In this document: piece by piece, positions 63,688-64,000 of the stretch
Layout of the letters: each line of letters begins with the position of its first letter
Position numbering within the stretch: position 1 is the first letter of the stretch
Assembly: GCA_002633005.1 (NCBI GenBank)
Contig: NMRA01000022.1
Span: 1,294,518-1,358,517 of the forward strand
DNA length: 64,000 nucleotides
Origin: Phoronis australis
Taxonomy: Eukaryota; Animalia; Phoronida
Direction of reading: 5' to 3'
Notes under the pieces: model-generated
The model's database searches: none
Seen by the model: only the letters and a program-made list of their open reading frames with translations
Told to the model about the DNA's origin: nothing
Made by a program: the position numbers and the translations under genes

Positions 63688-64000
63688 GTAACAACAACCG
63701 CAATAATTCACCACGCATTTGGACTGTCTTCTCACATATTGCCGTTACGACTTACAATAGAATTTCACTTGAAAACATTTTGTGTACTATTTGAATATTT
63801 TTCATGAAAAAACATAACATTGGGTATTGCCGTCGCTAACGCGCCCAATGTCCACGTCTTCAAACAGAAGTACTGGAACTTTGTGCGTGGTTTTTTACTG
63901 TAGGCCTCAGCTAATCACTATTTTACTCTATTTTATGTTATTTACTCATCAAATTGTACATATTAACCAATTTTATACTAATTTATTTTATTTATTATCT

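Overview
AT-rich (~37% GC by eye) intron-containing animal genomic DNA, probably a marine invertebrate; the taxon cannot be fixed from sequence alone. Three host genes are supportable. (1) A single-exon Fer3/Nato3 (FERD3L/PTFb) bHLH gene at 27926-28618 (+). (2) A 4-exon BTB-BACK 'serine-enriched protein/gprs-like' gene at 41455-33977 (-), 568 aa. (3) The first 10 exons of PDIA4/ERp72 from 45455 (+), running off the window end. Almost all other listed ORFs are spurious. The rest is a patchwork of decayed transposons. These include two TTAA-flanked Kolobok derivatives with THAP pseudogenes, a 5.1-kb TA-flanked element with CCGACC arrays and a Tc1-type transposase fragment, a 2.7-kb TIR element with a 6-bp TSD, a Penelope GIY-YIG fragment, a Crypton-like hairpin element, a tRNA-SINE with a 13-bp TSD, and Transib-like and Zator-like MITEs. 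The most unusual signals are a 222-bp palindrome made of two inverted hammerhead-ribozyme copies (one intact, one core-mutated), the hybrid-looking element inside the PDIA4 active-site intron, and a co-oriented CTCF-motif cluster in a PDIA4 intron. Two duplications that abut single N characters look like assembly artefacts. I cannot demonstrate a wholly new system; candidates are ranked in the findings. All family assignments come from motif recognition, not database searches.
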